Source: an uncultured Porticoccaceae bacterium | Lineage (GTDB): Bacteria; Pseudomonadota; Gammaproteobacteria; Pseudomonadales; Porticoccaceae | Length of the DNA: 54,062 nt | Reading direction: 5' to 3' | Assembly (NCBI GenBank): GCA_964462265.1 | Contig: CAYWXW010000003.1 | Coordinates: 2,868-56,929, forward strand | Shown: positions 28,410 through 38,172 of the stretch, piece by piece | Layout of the letters: each line of letters opens with the position of its first letter | How positions within the stretch are numbered: position 1 is the stretch's first letter | Made by a program: the position numbers and the translations under genes | The notes under the pieces: model-generated | Told to the model about the DNA's origin: nothing | The model's database searches: none | What the model saw: only the letters and a program-made list of their open reading frames with translations

Positions 28410-29516
28410 TTAAATTTTCGTTAATAAAATTTTCTCAATATTATCATAATCCCAATATGGTATAATAACTAATTTAATCCCATTTTTATTTGCGTAATCT
28501 TTTTTTATATTATCTCTTAATTGACTCAATCTAAATTTATTATTATTATTTATGTTACCAAATGAATTATTATTATAATGCTGTTCACCATTATATTCTA
28601 TTAAAATTTGTTGATCAGGTATATAAAAATCAAAAATCAGCTGTTTCTTAAATATACAATCTTTAAATTTCATTTGATGTATATATTTAATTTTCATTTC
28701 CTTTAAAATTTTAATAATCCGCATCTCACCTTTAGATGATTTACATAGTGGACAACCATTACCTCTTTTATGATCTGATAAAACTTGTTCAAATTCTCCA
28801 TGTTTAGGGCATATAATTTTTATTTTTGATGTTGCTCTTAAATTAGGATAATTATATTTTGGATAATTATATTTACCATTATGTATTAATTTACATTCAT
28901 TAATATGTTCATCAAAACTCATTAAATAATTATTAGAGCATAATTTACACCCGTTTCCTTCTAAATGTGATGATAATCTTTGTTTAAATATCCCATGCTT
29001 AGGACATTTAATTTTAACATACTCATTAGCCTTGATACCTTTTTTAATTAAAGAATAATCATATTTATTATTATGAATTTTATTTGCAAGATTTATATAA
29101 TAATCACGTTTCTTTCTTGACTTTGATAATTTTTCAATTCCGCATTTAGGACAACCATAACCATTAATATGTGACGATAATCTTTGTTTAAACCATCCGT
29201 GCTTAGGACATTTAATCATTATTTTATCTTTACACGTTTTTATATCTTGATATTTTGGATAGTGATAAAAATTATCATGTTTTACTTTAGCTTCATTTAT
29301 ATAATCTTGATAACTTTTATCTTTTATATTTGGGTTGCAAGTAGGGCAGATTGCACCAGATTTATGATGTGATAAAAATTGATAAAAAACACCATGTAAA
29401 GGACAAATGATTTGTATTTTTTTATTAGTTATGAATTTTTGATTTAAAGGATACTTATAAAAATAATCATGTTGCAAATTACATTCATGTATATGTTTTT
29501 CCTTAGATTTTTTCAT
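28410..29516 (-). CDS. homing-endonuclease-like protein: four zinc-ribbon repeats plus a Vsr/DUF559-type PD-(D/E)XK nuclease motif
   Basis: Four repeats of I.CP.HG.F.Q.L..H..G.GCP.C, then EMRIIKILKEMKIKYIHQ...LIFDFYIPDQQILIEYNGEQHY. Confidence 0.6.
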   Translation of the reverse strand: MKKSKEKHIHECNLQHDYFYKYPLNQKFITNKKIQIICPLHGVFYQFLSHHKSGAICPTCNPNIKDKSYQDYINEAKVKHDNFYHYPKYQDIKTCKDKIMIKCPKHGWFKQRLSSHINGYGCPKCGIEKLSKSRKKRDYYINLANKIHNNKYDYSLIKKGIKANEYVKIKCPKHGIFKQRLSSHLEGNGCKLCSNNYLMSFDEHINECKLIHNGKYNYPKYNYPNLRATSKIKIICPKHGEFEQVLSDHKRGNGCPLCKSSKGEMRIIKILKEMKIKYIHQMKFKDCIFKKQLIFDFYIPDQQILIEYNGEQHYNNNSFGNINNNNKFRLSQLRDNIKKDYANKNGIKLVIIPYWDYDNIEKILLTKI

Positions 29517-31054
29517 TATTTTTTAACTTTAAAATTACCAACAAGATTAAAATCATAGCTATGATTTTTATAATATTTTAATCGATCATATCTATGACGA
29601 TAACATATACCCCCATATAAAAGTTCTTTTCTTTTAAAAAATAACTTATCTATTAAATCATAAATTATAACAATATTTTTACCTTTATATAATCTCATTC
29701 CACGACCAATTGCCTGTAATATGACTTGTTTTGATAAAACATCCTCAACCATATAAACAAAAAAGATATTATTGATACTTATACCCTCACCAAAAGTTTT
29801 AAACGACCCTACAACAACCTGATTGTCTTTTCGGTCTAGTTGTTTTTGTATTAATAACCTCTTTTTGTTTGGTATAGTACCATCCACGTAATGAATATCT
29901 TTATTTGGGAAACATTTAGTTAATTCATCATATAATTTCTTACCATATGATCTTTGTTTAAATAATATTATTGCGTTATGATGTGTTTTAGAAAGTTTTT
30001 TAATTATATAATCAATTTTACCCATTTTTTTAGCATAATATTTCAATTCCTCATCATAAGACATTGTTTTATTTTTCAATACACCATAATCAAATATAAC
30101 ACCTTTTATTTTTACCTTAGCAACATATTTATTCTCTTGTAAATATTTTGATGTTGTTGCTACTTTAACTCGACCATATAAACCTTCTATTGTTTTTCTT
30201 TTTAGTATCTCTACCTCATCCTCAGTAAAGATACTACCAGTTAAACCAATTCTATACACAGCATTTTTACATGATTGTACTATCTCAATAATCTTCTTTA
30301 CACTAACACTCAATTTGTTATCATCTGCTGAGTTATGAACCTCATCAACAAAAAGATATTTAAACATTTTAAAAAAATCAGGATCAAAATTTTGAAAACT
30401 CTGCCATGTACCAACTATGATTTTATGATGATCTTCAATGATCTTATCATACTCTGAATGAACCATTTTAATATATTTTTTTATATTATCTTCATTATTT
30501 AAATCATATTTTTCAAAATCTTTATATAACTGATCGACTAATTGTGTACGTGGAACTATTATTAATATTCTTTTATTAACTCTAACCTTATTAATGAATA
30601 ACTTACATAAACCATATGTGCTTAATGTTTTACCTGATGATGTTGGTGATATTATTGTTAATCTTTTTAGATTAAAACCCATCAAAATTGTTTTATATTG
30701 ATAATCTCTTAAAGGATAATATGGTTTAGGTAAATTCCATTTTTTGACTATTTTCTTTAAATCAGTAAGATTTAACTTACTGCCTTTGATTTTTAGATTA
30801 GGAGCAATATACACGTCATTATATTCAAGAGTTCGTATAAATCTCTTTAACTCATAAAATAAACCATAAGGCAGTAAGTGTCTTTCTTCGAGCAGAGTAA
30901 TATCATAAATCTTTTTATTTTTATAACCAGTCTCTTTATTTTCTTTATATACTTCTTTTTTATAAGTAAAATACTTTTCAATCTTATCAATTAGATTTGT
31001 ATCATCACTTTCAAGTTCAATATAATTATTATTTTTCTTACGTATATAAAGCAT
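29516..31054 (-). CDS. uvsW: SF2 DNA/RNA helicase (T4 UvsW-like)
   Basis: LRDYQ, SPTSSGKT, FVDEVHN, LTGS and QAIGRGMR. IVGTWQSF parallels T4 VVGTWQTV. Confidence 0.85.
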   Translation of the reverse strand: MLYIRKKNNNYIELESDDTNLIDKIEKYFTYKKEVYKENKETGYKNKKIYDITLLEERHLLPYGLFYELKRFIRTLEYNDVYIAPNLKIKGSKLNLTDLKKIVKKWNLPKPYYPLRDYQYKTILMGFNLKRLTIISPTSSGKTLSTYGLCKLFINKVRVNKRILIIVPRTQLVDQLYKDFEKYDLNNEDNIKKYIKMVHSEYDKIIEDHHKIIVGTWQSFQNFDPDFFKMFKYLFVDEVHNSADDNKLSVSVKKIIEIVQSCKNAVYRIGLTGSIFTEDEVEILKRKTIEGLYGRVKVATTSKYLQENKYVAKVKIKGVIFDYGVLKNKTMSYDEELKYYAKKMGKIDYIIKKLSKTHHNAIILFKQRSYGKKLYDELTKCFPNKDIHYVDGTIPNKKRLLIQKQLDRKDNQVVVGSFKTFGEGISINNIFFVYMVEDVLSKQVILQAIGRGMRLYKGKNIVIIYDLIDKLFFKRKELLYGGICYRHRYDRLKYYKNHSYDFNLVGNFKVKK

Positions 31055-31070
31055 AATATTAAACTAATTA

Positions 31071-31574
31071 TTATTCATCATCTTCATCAAGTTCAACTGT
31101 AGTATCATCTTCATCAAGTTCAAGCGCAGTATTAACAAATTCCAAATATCTTTTAATAAGAACTTTTTTTGAACCCTTATCATTAAGATTATGTTTACGC
31201 ATAACACCTCTTAAATCACCACTCTTCATTTCTTCTAATTCATGTTTCTCGTAAACCATAACACTTGTGTCTAATGTGCTTTCTTCTTCCTCTTCTTCGA
31301 TATCACAATCTTCCTCTTCTTCTGTAATATCTTTTGGTTCATCTACTTTGTTATTTTTTTCAATTATACTCTCAATATGAGCTTTAATCTCCTGTTTACG
31401 ATCTTGATCAACTAACTCAAAATAATCTGGAAACATTTTTGCTTCCGATTCTGATAATTTAATAATATTACCTTTTTTAATTTTAGAAAATTTTCTTTCT
31501 CTCGAAAACTTAATACTGATACCTTTAGGACCGTTGTCTTTCACGCACAAATAACGAAATCTTTTTTCTGACAT
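31071..31574 (-). CDS. acidic protein with SAP-like helix-extended-helix motif
   Basis: ATG 31574 follows AAGGAG. ELEEMKSGDLRGVMRKHNLNDKGSKKVLIKRYLEF is SAP-like. There are long E/D runs. Confidence 0.5.
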   Translation of the reverse strand: MSEKRFRYLCVKDNGPKGISIKFSRERKFSKIKKGNIIKLSESEAKMFPDYFELVDQDRKQEIKAHIESIIEKNNKVDEPKDITEEEEDCDIEEEEEESTLDTSVMVYEKHELEEMKSGDLRGVMRKHNLNDKGSKKVLIKRYLEFVNTALELDEDDTTVELDEDDE

Positions 31575-31667
31575 TTTAATCTCCTTAAAAAATAATAATG
31601 ATCTAGCCAGTGTAAACATTATATAATGATTATATAAAAAATCAAATCATATCAACAAAATATAAAT

Positions 31668-31916
31668 TTAATCATCAAACTCTATTAAATCAGCATCAAA
31701 TATAAAACTTTCAAAAGTAATATAAACTTTACCGGTTGATGATTCTTTTAACTCTTTTAATTTTTTTTTATATTTCTTAGACAACTTACCATTTTTAAAA
31801 AATGTTTGTGCTGTCGCTACTGGTAATTCATAAAACGTATCACTCTTTTTTATTGTATTAAGAGTAGATAAATTCTTCGGATATCCTTGTATATCACTAG
31901 TACTAGAAAAAGTCAT
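31668..31916 (-). CDS. hypothetical protein
   Basis: The track start is a TTG. ATG 31916 follows GGAG at a 7-nt spacing. Confidence 0.5.
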   Translation of the reverse strand: MTFSSTSDIQGYPKNLSTLNTIKKSDTFYELPVATAQTFFKNGKLSKKYKKKLKELKESSTGKVYITFESFIFDADLIEFDD

Positions 31917-31955
31917 ATTAATCTCCAACTATTATCTTATAGTATTTATAAAAGA

Positions 31956-33632
31956 TTAATATATATATACAGCATTACCACAATCAAATATTCTTAGATA
32001 ATCATTATTCAACATATTTTGATAACCAGATAAATTAGGATTAAAATTATCCAATATTTTTTCCTGTTTATGTTTTTGAAATTTAAGACGAGAATGTAAA
32101 ATTAATGTATTTTTCTTAAAATAAAAATAATTTGGTTGAGATATTTTTAGTAACTTAAAATTTGATTTAAGATAGCTTTCTCCAGTAAAATATCTTAAAT
32201 CAACATAAGAAATAATTGATGTTGATTTAAGATCATTTACTATAAATTTAATTAATTTAGAAAACCCACCAATAACACTAAATTGCTTAATAGTAAAAGA
32301 TCTTAATATTTCATAATCATAATTTTTATTATATCTCGATTTACCCATAGACATAATATATACTGGCTTATTTTCATAATATAAAGCATATATTTTATCT
32401 GATCTTATATAACCTTGTAGATGGTTCTCTTTAACTAATTTTTTATATAAATCATTATTGATTATTTTAACCTCACACTTACGAGCATATATTTTAATTT
32501 TATTTAAATTTAACCTATTAAAAAGAATTGATTTTACAATGTTATTTTTTAAAATCCATTCATTTTGAAATATATGTATAATATCTATGTTAAAATTTTT
32601 CTTAAAAAACTCACTTTTATCTTTATGATAATTTTTTGATTTTAACTGATCATTATGCCAATATATACCGTCGTATTCAATTCCTAATTTATAATCAGGT
32701 AAATAAACATCGATCTCTAAAGATTTTGAATTAAATGAAAATCTTTTATTATATATTACTTTAATACCATAGCTTTGAATAAATACACCTATTTCTTTTT
32801 CAGCTTTAGATTTACCATATTTATTACATTTTGAACATCCATGTCCGTGTTTATGATTATCTAAAGATTGTTTAAACCAACCATGATTTGGACATTTTAT
32901 CATAATTTTCGTAAAAACACCATCATCTAACTCTTGATATTTAGGATAATGATAAAAGTTCTCATGTGCTTTTTTACAAACCTCTATATTATCACTATAA
33001 GATAATAAACTATTTTTGGTTCTTTTATCATAAGCACATTTAGGGCAACCTTGTCCGCTTAAATGATTTTGTATATTTTGCCTAAAATTTCCATGTATAG
33101 GACATTTTATAACTATATAATCACTACAATTATCTATTTCTTGATTTTTTGGATAGATATAAAAATTATTATGAATTTCTTTAAATCTTTCAATATAATC
33201 ATAATAAGTTTTTTTATGCGTATTTATTAAATTCTCTTTAAAACAATCTTTACAACCAGAATTACCGCTAGCATGTAAACGAACTTTCACCTTAAATTTA
33301 CCATGCTTTGGGCATATAACACTAATTATACTATTATGATTCTTTATTTCTTGATTTTTTGGATAAATGTATTTATTACCATAAACATCTTTAAATTTTA
33401 TTAAATAATCTTCATATTTTTTTACTTTTCTTTTTTTATTACCACATTTAGGACAACCTTGACCACTTAAATGATTCCTTAGAGTTTGTTCAAATTCTCC
33501 ATGTTTAGGGCATATTATCTTTATTTTTGTATTATTATTTTCTATTTCTTGATTTTTTGGATAGATATAAAAATTATTATGAATATCTTTAGCTTTAATT
33601 ATATATTCTTTATATGTTTTCTTTTTAGGCAT
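31956..33632 (-). CDS. homing-endonuclease-like protein (zinc-ribbon repeats, Vsr/DUF559-type nuclease motif, Hef-like C-terminal domain)
   Basis: Four CP.HG.F...H.SGQGCPKC-type repeats paralogous to those in 28410-29516. Then EKEIGVFIQSYGIKV...LEIDVYLPDYKLGIEYDGIYWHN, and ARKCEVKII...ENHLQGY...GGFSKL...SYVDLRYFTGESY, as in T-even Hef-like proteins. Confidence 0.6.
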   Translation of the reverse strand: MPKKKTYKEYIIKAKDIHNNFYIYPKNQEIENNNTKIKIICPKHGEFEQTLRNHLSGQGCPKCGNKKRKVKKYEDYLIKFKDVYGNKYIYPKNQEIKNHNSIISVICPKHGKFKVKVRLHASGNSGCKDCFKENLINTHKKTYYDYIERFKEIHNNFYIYPKNQEIDNCSDYIVIKCPIHGNFRQNIQNHLSGQGCPKCAYDKRTKNSLLSYSDNIEVCKKAHENFYHYPKYQELDDGVFTKIMIKCPNHGWFKQSLDNHKHGHGCSKCNKYGKSKAEKEIGVFIQSYGIKVIYNKRFSFNSKSLEIDVYLPDYKLGIEYDGIYWHNDQLKSKNYHKDKSEFFKKNFNIDIIHIFQNEWILKNNIVKSILFNRLNLNKIKIYARKCEVKIINNDLYKKLVKENHLQGYIRSDKIYALYYENKPVYIMSMGKSRYNKNYDYEILRSFTIKQFSVIGGFSKLIKFIVNDLKSTSIISYVDLRYFTGESYLKSNFKLLKISQPNYFYFKKNTLILHSRLKFQKHKQEKILDNFNPNLSGYQNMLNNDYLRIFDCGNAVYIY

Positions 33633-33662
33633 ATAAATTAATTTTAATCATAACAATAAAAG

Positions 33663-33691
33663 TATAAATATTATATATATTTATATAAATA
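33663..33691 (+). promoter_or_regulatory. two T4-type late promoter octamers upstream of gp13
   Basis: TATAAATA at 33663-33670 and at 33684-33691. The ATG is at 33708, behind AAGAGG. Confidence 0.6.
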
Positions 33692-33707
33692 AATCAAGAG
33701 GTTTATT

Positions 33708-34406
33708 ATGACACAAGCAGAATTAATAGAAAAAATAAAATTACGTCTCGGTATTGAACTTATTGATGTAGAATTAACTGATGATGAAATTAAAGAATGT
33801 ATCGGTGATGCTACTGATAAATTTGTTCGTAGACATTATAACGGGTCTGAAAGATCGGTATATAAACTTGATATTGTTTTAGGTCAGATGCAATATAAAT
33901 TACCTGATTATATTCATGCAGTTACAAGCTATTATAAATTTAATGAATTTTCAACTCCAAATCTCCAAAGATTAGTTCTAACTGAGTTGAATATAATGTA
34001 TGAGTCATCTAACCTTATCAACTTTGCAGTATTCAAAGATTATATAAAAACAATTGAAAAAATACTCATGCCTAATTATGACTTCACATATAACTCAACA
34101 ACCAAAAATATATTCTTTAGACATAAACCAGTAATAGAACCTTTTGAAATTTATCTTGAGGTTTTTACTGATGTTTCACAAACTGATGCTGAATCAATGT
34201 ATGATAATCAATGGTTTATTAAATATTCAACCGAACTATCAAGATTACGTTGGGCGCAAATTGTAGGTAAATATACTAAAAAACTTACTAATGGTGCTGA
34301 ATATAATTATGAGTTTATGTATAATCAGGCTGTTGATGCTATTGAAAAATTAGAAGAAGAATTAGAAACTCAGTTTGCTAATATTATTGATTTCTTTGTT
34401 GACTAA
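33708..34406 (+). CDS. gp13: neck protein (T4 gp13-like)
   Basis: IEKIKLRLGIELIDVELTDDEIKECIGDA matches T4 gp13 [29 protein letters not shown]. The C-terminal helix EKLEEELE resembles EKEALREEL. Confidence 0.75.
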   Translation: MTQAELIEKIKLRLGIELIDVELTDDEIKECIGDATDKFVRRHYNGSERSVYKLDIVLGQMQYKLPDYIHAVTSYYKFNEFSTPNLQRLVLTELNIMYESSNLINFAVFKDYIKTIEKILMPNYDFTYNSTTKNIFFRHKPVIEPFEIYLEVFTDVSQTDAESMYDNQWFIKYSTELSRLRWAQIVGKYTKKLTNGAEYNYEFMYNQAVDAIEKLEEELETQFANIIDFFVD

Positions 34407-34810
34407 TTTTCATTTAAACCTTCAACACCACGGTTTTCTCTATCTTGTTTACGCTTATTTAACCAATAGAGGGCATCTTTTAATGCAGTAATTGTATTAA
34501 TATTCTCTATACAAGGGTATTTTTCATTTAACCCTTCGATAATCATCTTAGCGGCTTCAATAATTGTATCTACCTGACAACCATTTACACCATTCTCTTT
34601 TATCGGTCCATTTTGTAGAGTAAATGCAATTGAATTAACATCTTGTCTAACATATACAAAATTATTTGGTCTTATTTCTTTTTCAAACCATTTATAATCC
34701 ATTGCACCTGATTCATTGAATTTTTCTGGATATTGTTCTCTTAATTTATCCATTATAACTACATCAAATTCACCAATTTTTTTTACATCTTTTAACGTTT
34801 CTAAAGCCAT
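34403..34810 (-). CDS. conserved phage protein of unknown function
   Basis: 135 aa. I have seen the block NGPIKENGVNGCQVDTIIEAAKMIIEGLN...ALYWLNKRKQDRENRGVEG in other phage hypothetical proteins but cannot name the family. Confidence 0.55.
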   Translation of the reverse strand: MALETLKDVKKIGEFDVVIMDKLREQYPEKFNESGAMDYKWFEKEIRPNNFVYVRQDVNSIAFTLQNGPIKENGVNGCQVDTIIEAAKMIIEGLNEKYPCIENINTITALKDALYWLNKRKQDRENRGVEGLNEN

Positions 34811-34821
34811 TTTAATCTCCT

Positions 34822-35133
34822 TTAATTGTTTAAATATTTATCTAACTCATCACCCATATGTAATTTTAATAGATCATACTCTATCATAAACCATCTCTTT
34901 GGTCTATAATCTTCGGTATTTGAAAATAATTTTATTTCATCACTATTAAAACCAACAGCAGCAGCAGCAAATCTTCCATTATCTACCACACAAATTGGTA
35001 TATTTTTTGGTAGTCCAATTAATAAATTAAATAATATTTTTTCATGTCTTTCGAACTCTTTTGCTCCTAAATCTAATAAACCATTACATTTTTCTTCAAA
35101 TGATGCCCCACCTATTTGAACGTATAATCCCAT
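34822..35133 (-). CDS. hypothetical protein
   Basis: 103-aa ORF, tightly packed, with GGAG upstream. Confidence 0.55.
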   Translation of the reverse strand: MGLYVQIGGASFEEKCNGLLDLGAKEFERHEKILFNLLIGLPKNIPICVVDNGRFAAAAVGFNSDEIKLFSNTEDYRPKRWFMIEYDLLKLHMGDELDKYLNN

Positions 35134-35134
35134 C

Positions 35135-35734
35135 TTAATCTCCTTTAACTAAAATTTTAAGAAACTCAATCCCTTTTTGATCAATTGGAAGAATTTCTTG
35201 TTTATGTTCTACTAAATGTGAAAAATATTTTGTTAACTCTGGAATATCTTTTAAAAGTTTTTTAACAGTAGTATAAGGGCTTATTGTCTTAAAAATTTTA
35301 TCTTTCATTTGCTTTTTTTCATAATAATGATTATTAACTATTTCATGTGCCTTTTTGAAATTTAAATCATTCATATTATAATTACCTTTTCTAATGACTA
35401 TATAAGAATATATCTCATTTGATAATAAATATTTATTAGGTGTAGTTAATCTAAATCTATATGCTTCAATATTACCATATTTATTTACATCACCATTTTT
35501 ATATTCTATATCTACATGATCAGAGTATGCTATTCTATAATTTTGTAAATCATCACCTAAAATATTTTCTATTTCAATATATTTATCTTTTAGTTTTTGA
35601 TATAAATTAGACTCAATAACCAGAGCTAAACATTTTTTCTCTAAATCTTGATAAAACTCTCTTGGAAATTTTTCATCTATTATTATATTTACTAAATCTT
35701 TCTTACGATCATTTGTTAATCTAATTGATGCCAT
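35135..35734 (-). CDS. hypothetical protein
   Basis: 199-aa ORF, tightly packed. Confidence 0.55.
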   Translation of the reverse strand: MASIRLTNDRKKDLVNIIIDEKFPREFYQDLEKKCLALVIESNLYQKLKDKYIEIENILGDDLQNYRIAYSDHVDIEYKNGDVNKYGNIEAYRFRLTTPNKYLLSNEIYSYIVIRKGNYNMNDLNFKKAHEIVNNHYYEKKQMKDKIFKTISPYTTVKKLLKDIPELTKYFSHLVEHKQEILPIDQKGIEFLKILVKGD

Positions 35735-35746
35735 TTTTAATCCCCT

Positions 35747-36049
35747 TTAAATTTTATCACTTATCTCTTTAATTTGTTCTTTTGTAATATAACCATTTTT
35801 AACCATATAATGAATCATATAACCTTTACGTTTTGATTGTTTTCGATAACGTTTAGATTTATCTGCTTCTCTAAAATACATCCTCTGATAGAACTTAGCA
35901 TCATTAGTAATTAAACCATGTTTATCATCATGACCACATATAGGACAAGATGTTTCCTTTTTAGATAATGATTTATGAGCTATAATACCAAAAATATATC
36001 CAATAACATAAGATAAAATTATTACAAACACTATTGTAAATATTTCCAT
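35747..36049 (-). CDS. small membrane-anchored protein
   Basis: N-terminal hydrophobic helix IFTIVFVIILSYVIGYIFGIIA, followed by CPICGH. Confidence 0.55.
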   Translation of the reverse strand: MEIFTIVFVIILSYVIGYIFGIIAHKSLSKKETSCPICGHDDKHGLITNDAKFYQRMYFREADKSKRYRKQSKRKGYMIHYMVKNGYITKEQIKEISDKI

Positions 36050-36051
36050 AA

Positions 36052-37233
36052 TTAATTCCCCAATATAACTGTTAAATTCTTTTTTGCTCTGGTTATTCCA
36101 GTATATAACAACTTCTTACGCATTGCACTATTACCCCAAAGATCTCTCAAAAACAAAACAACATCATCAAATTCAGAACCCTGTGATGAATGTACTGTGA
36201 TTGCATATGCATACTCAAATGTATGCAAACCATACTCATATAAATTTTCAACCATAATATTACGATCAATTTTATCTGTTTCCTCAACAAAAGGAATAAA
36301 ATCGGTTTTAACCTCATCAAATGCAACTGATTTATGATAATATGGTTTAAAGTTTAAAGTATTATTATTCGAGTTGAAATCATCTACTGAGTAACCAATT
36401 AAACCATTGATAAGGTATAGCTCACCCCAACCCATTTCCGAGTTTATAGACCGAGTCCATTGATTTATCTTTGACATCAATTTATCACCAGCAACAGGTA
36501 AAGGTGTTTCACTTGTATCAATACCTCTATAACCTCTCAATTTTCTACTTATTATTGATCTCATTTTATTTGTATTACATATAATTTGATCTGCATTTTT
36601 AAAAACTGATCTGGATGCATTATTAACAATTTTAACATTATCTCCATAATGACCAACTTTTAAATATGGAGATTGTAATACTTCCTCAGCTAATGTAAGA
36701 ATATAATTACCATCTTTATGTCTTATACTTTCTTCTAATCTTACATCTGGGTTTAATACATAATCATGACATTTATTATGTCCAACTGGTGGTAACTGAT
36801 TATGATCACCAAGCCCAATTAGTGGAATACCTAATGATAATAAATCAGCAAATATATCATCTGTTACCATAGATACTTCGTCAATAACAAATAATGCATA
36901 CATATCTTTTAAATTATCTTTTAAATCCTTAATAAAAACTGGTTTACCTGTTTCTTTATCTTTAATTGTACGACAATTATAGCATGTTGAATGTATTGTC
37001 TTAGCGGATGTACCATTTTGATTCATAACATCAACAGCTTTTCCAGTATATGCCATAAAAGCTACTTTATATTGTGGAATACCTAACTCATTTATTATAT
37101 ATTTTACAGAGAACGTTTTTCCACTACCAGCGACCCCAGATATAATAAATGGTTTTTTATTATCTGGTTTATAATTTAAATAAAATTGAACTGCTTTTTT
37201 AACTCCATCTGCTTGAGGTTTTGTAAGTGACAT
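36052..37233 (-). CDS. dda: SF1 helicase (T4 Dda / RecD-like)
   Basis: GVAGSGKTF, VIDEVSMV, GDHNQLPPV, AITVHSSQGSEFD and YTGITRAKK. Confidence 0.88.
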   Translation of the reverse strand: MSLTKPQADGVKKAVQFYLNYKPDNKKPFIISGVAGSGKTFSVKYIINELGIPQYKVAFMAYTGKAVDVMNQNGTSAKTIHSTCYNCRTIKDKETGKPVFIKDLKDNLKDMYALFVIDEVSMVTDDIFADLLSLGIPLIGLGDHNQLPPVGHNKCHDYVLNPDVRLEESIRHKDGNYILTLAEEVLQSPYLKVGHYGDNVKIVNNASRSVFKNADQIICNTNKMRSIISRKLRGYRGIDTSETPLPVAGDKLMSKINQWTRSINSEMGWGELYLINGLIGYSVDDFNSNNNTLNFKPYYHKSVAFDEVKTDFIPFVEETDKIDRNIMVENLYEYGLHTFEYAYAITVHSSQGSEFDDVVLFLRDLWGNSAMRKKLLYTGITRAKKNLTVILGN

Positions 37234-37264
37234 TTTTTGACCTTTTATATTTTAAAATTAAATA

Positions 37265-37279
37265 AATCTTAACAACAAA
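37265..37279 (-). promoter_or_regulatory. copy of recurrent motif TTTGTTGTTAAGATT (upstream of dda)
   Basis: Exact 15-mer in dda orientation, 31 nt upstream of ATG 37233. Confidence 0.5.
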
Positions 37280-37932
37280 TAATATGTACTTTTACTTGAT
37301 TTTTAAAGGGTTGTCAAGTTTTTACTTATCATTTCAAACAATTAACATAAAAAAATATTAAAAAATATCTTGACAACAAAATAAAAATATAATAACGTCA
37401 TACCGTTTAAAGTATTTATATTGTTTTTATAATATTAAATATTATTGGTCTTTGAAAACGTGATTATGGCTCTGTAAATCATGATGAGTAAAAGATCATT
37501 ATGAACCGAGAGAGTTCTTTTTATGGTACTATATGTTATCTCTCTTTAATAAAAAATAAAATACAGTCGTAAACCTAAGTAATTGAGCTAATTTCTGGAA
37601 ATATGGAATTACAACAAGACTCACTTCTTTTTAAATCAATAATATTCTTGGTGAGATGGTAGATATAATAAAAATTTTATATCACAAGAAAACACAGATT
37701 TGTTAGGTTCATGAATCAGTAATATGAATTTTTTAAACCAAATTTAAACATGAAAGTTTATTTTTGTTTATTTACTATTAAGAATTGCCTGTGTCTCAGA
37801 GGTAAGGATATTTTTTTATATTTAAGCACATTTATTGTATATCGATGTTTCACATAAAACTATTTTCATTATTTTTTATGGTTTTCCTAAGATTTAATAA
37901 ATTCCTAGATTGGGTTGTTTTCTTGGTTCCTA

Positions 37933-38020
37933 AAATACCCCTTTAGGGGTATTTACGTGCGTGACGTACGTCCGCGCGCGCGTTCTAGGATATATAATAT
38001 ATATCTCCTAAGAGATATAT
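37933..38020. repeat. cluster of hairpins and palindromes with a GC-rich core
   Basis: AAATACCCC-TTTA-GGGGTATTT (37933-37954). The palindrome GACGTACGTC (37963-37972). CGCGCGCGCG (37973-37982). ATATATCTC-CTAA-GAGATATAT (37999-38020). Confidence 0.9.
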
Positions 38021-38172
38021 TATTATAAAGAAAAGTTTAAAAAGTTTTAAAGGTTTAACAATATGGATGATAAAAATACTAATTAGCTCGCTACGCTCAC
38101 TAAGTTAGATTTTTATTAAACTTCATAAAATAAAAAAAAAGAAAGAAAAGAAAGTATTATTTGTTCAAGTTC

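Noticed and set aside
29184-29372. 62-aa plus-strand ORF; the same reasoning applies to 25536-25736(+), 46983-47183(-) and 48985-49182(-)
   Set aside because: All are antisense to longer genes that have recognisable motifs.
37370-37393. TTGACA ... TATAAT as a rightward promoter
   Set aside because: The two hexamers are separated by only 12 nt, too short for a canonical sigma70 promoter. The TTGACA is more likely part of a minus-strand copy of the TTTGTTGTCAAGAT motif.
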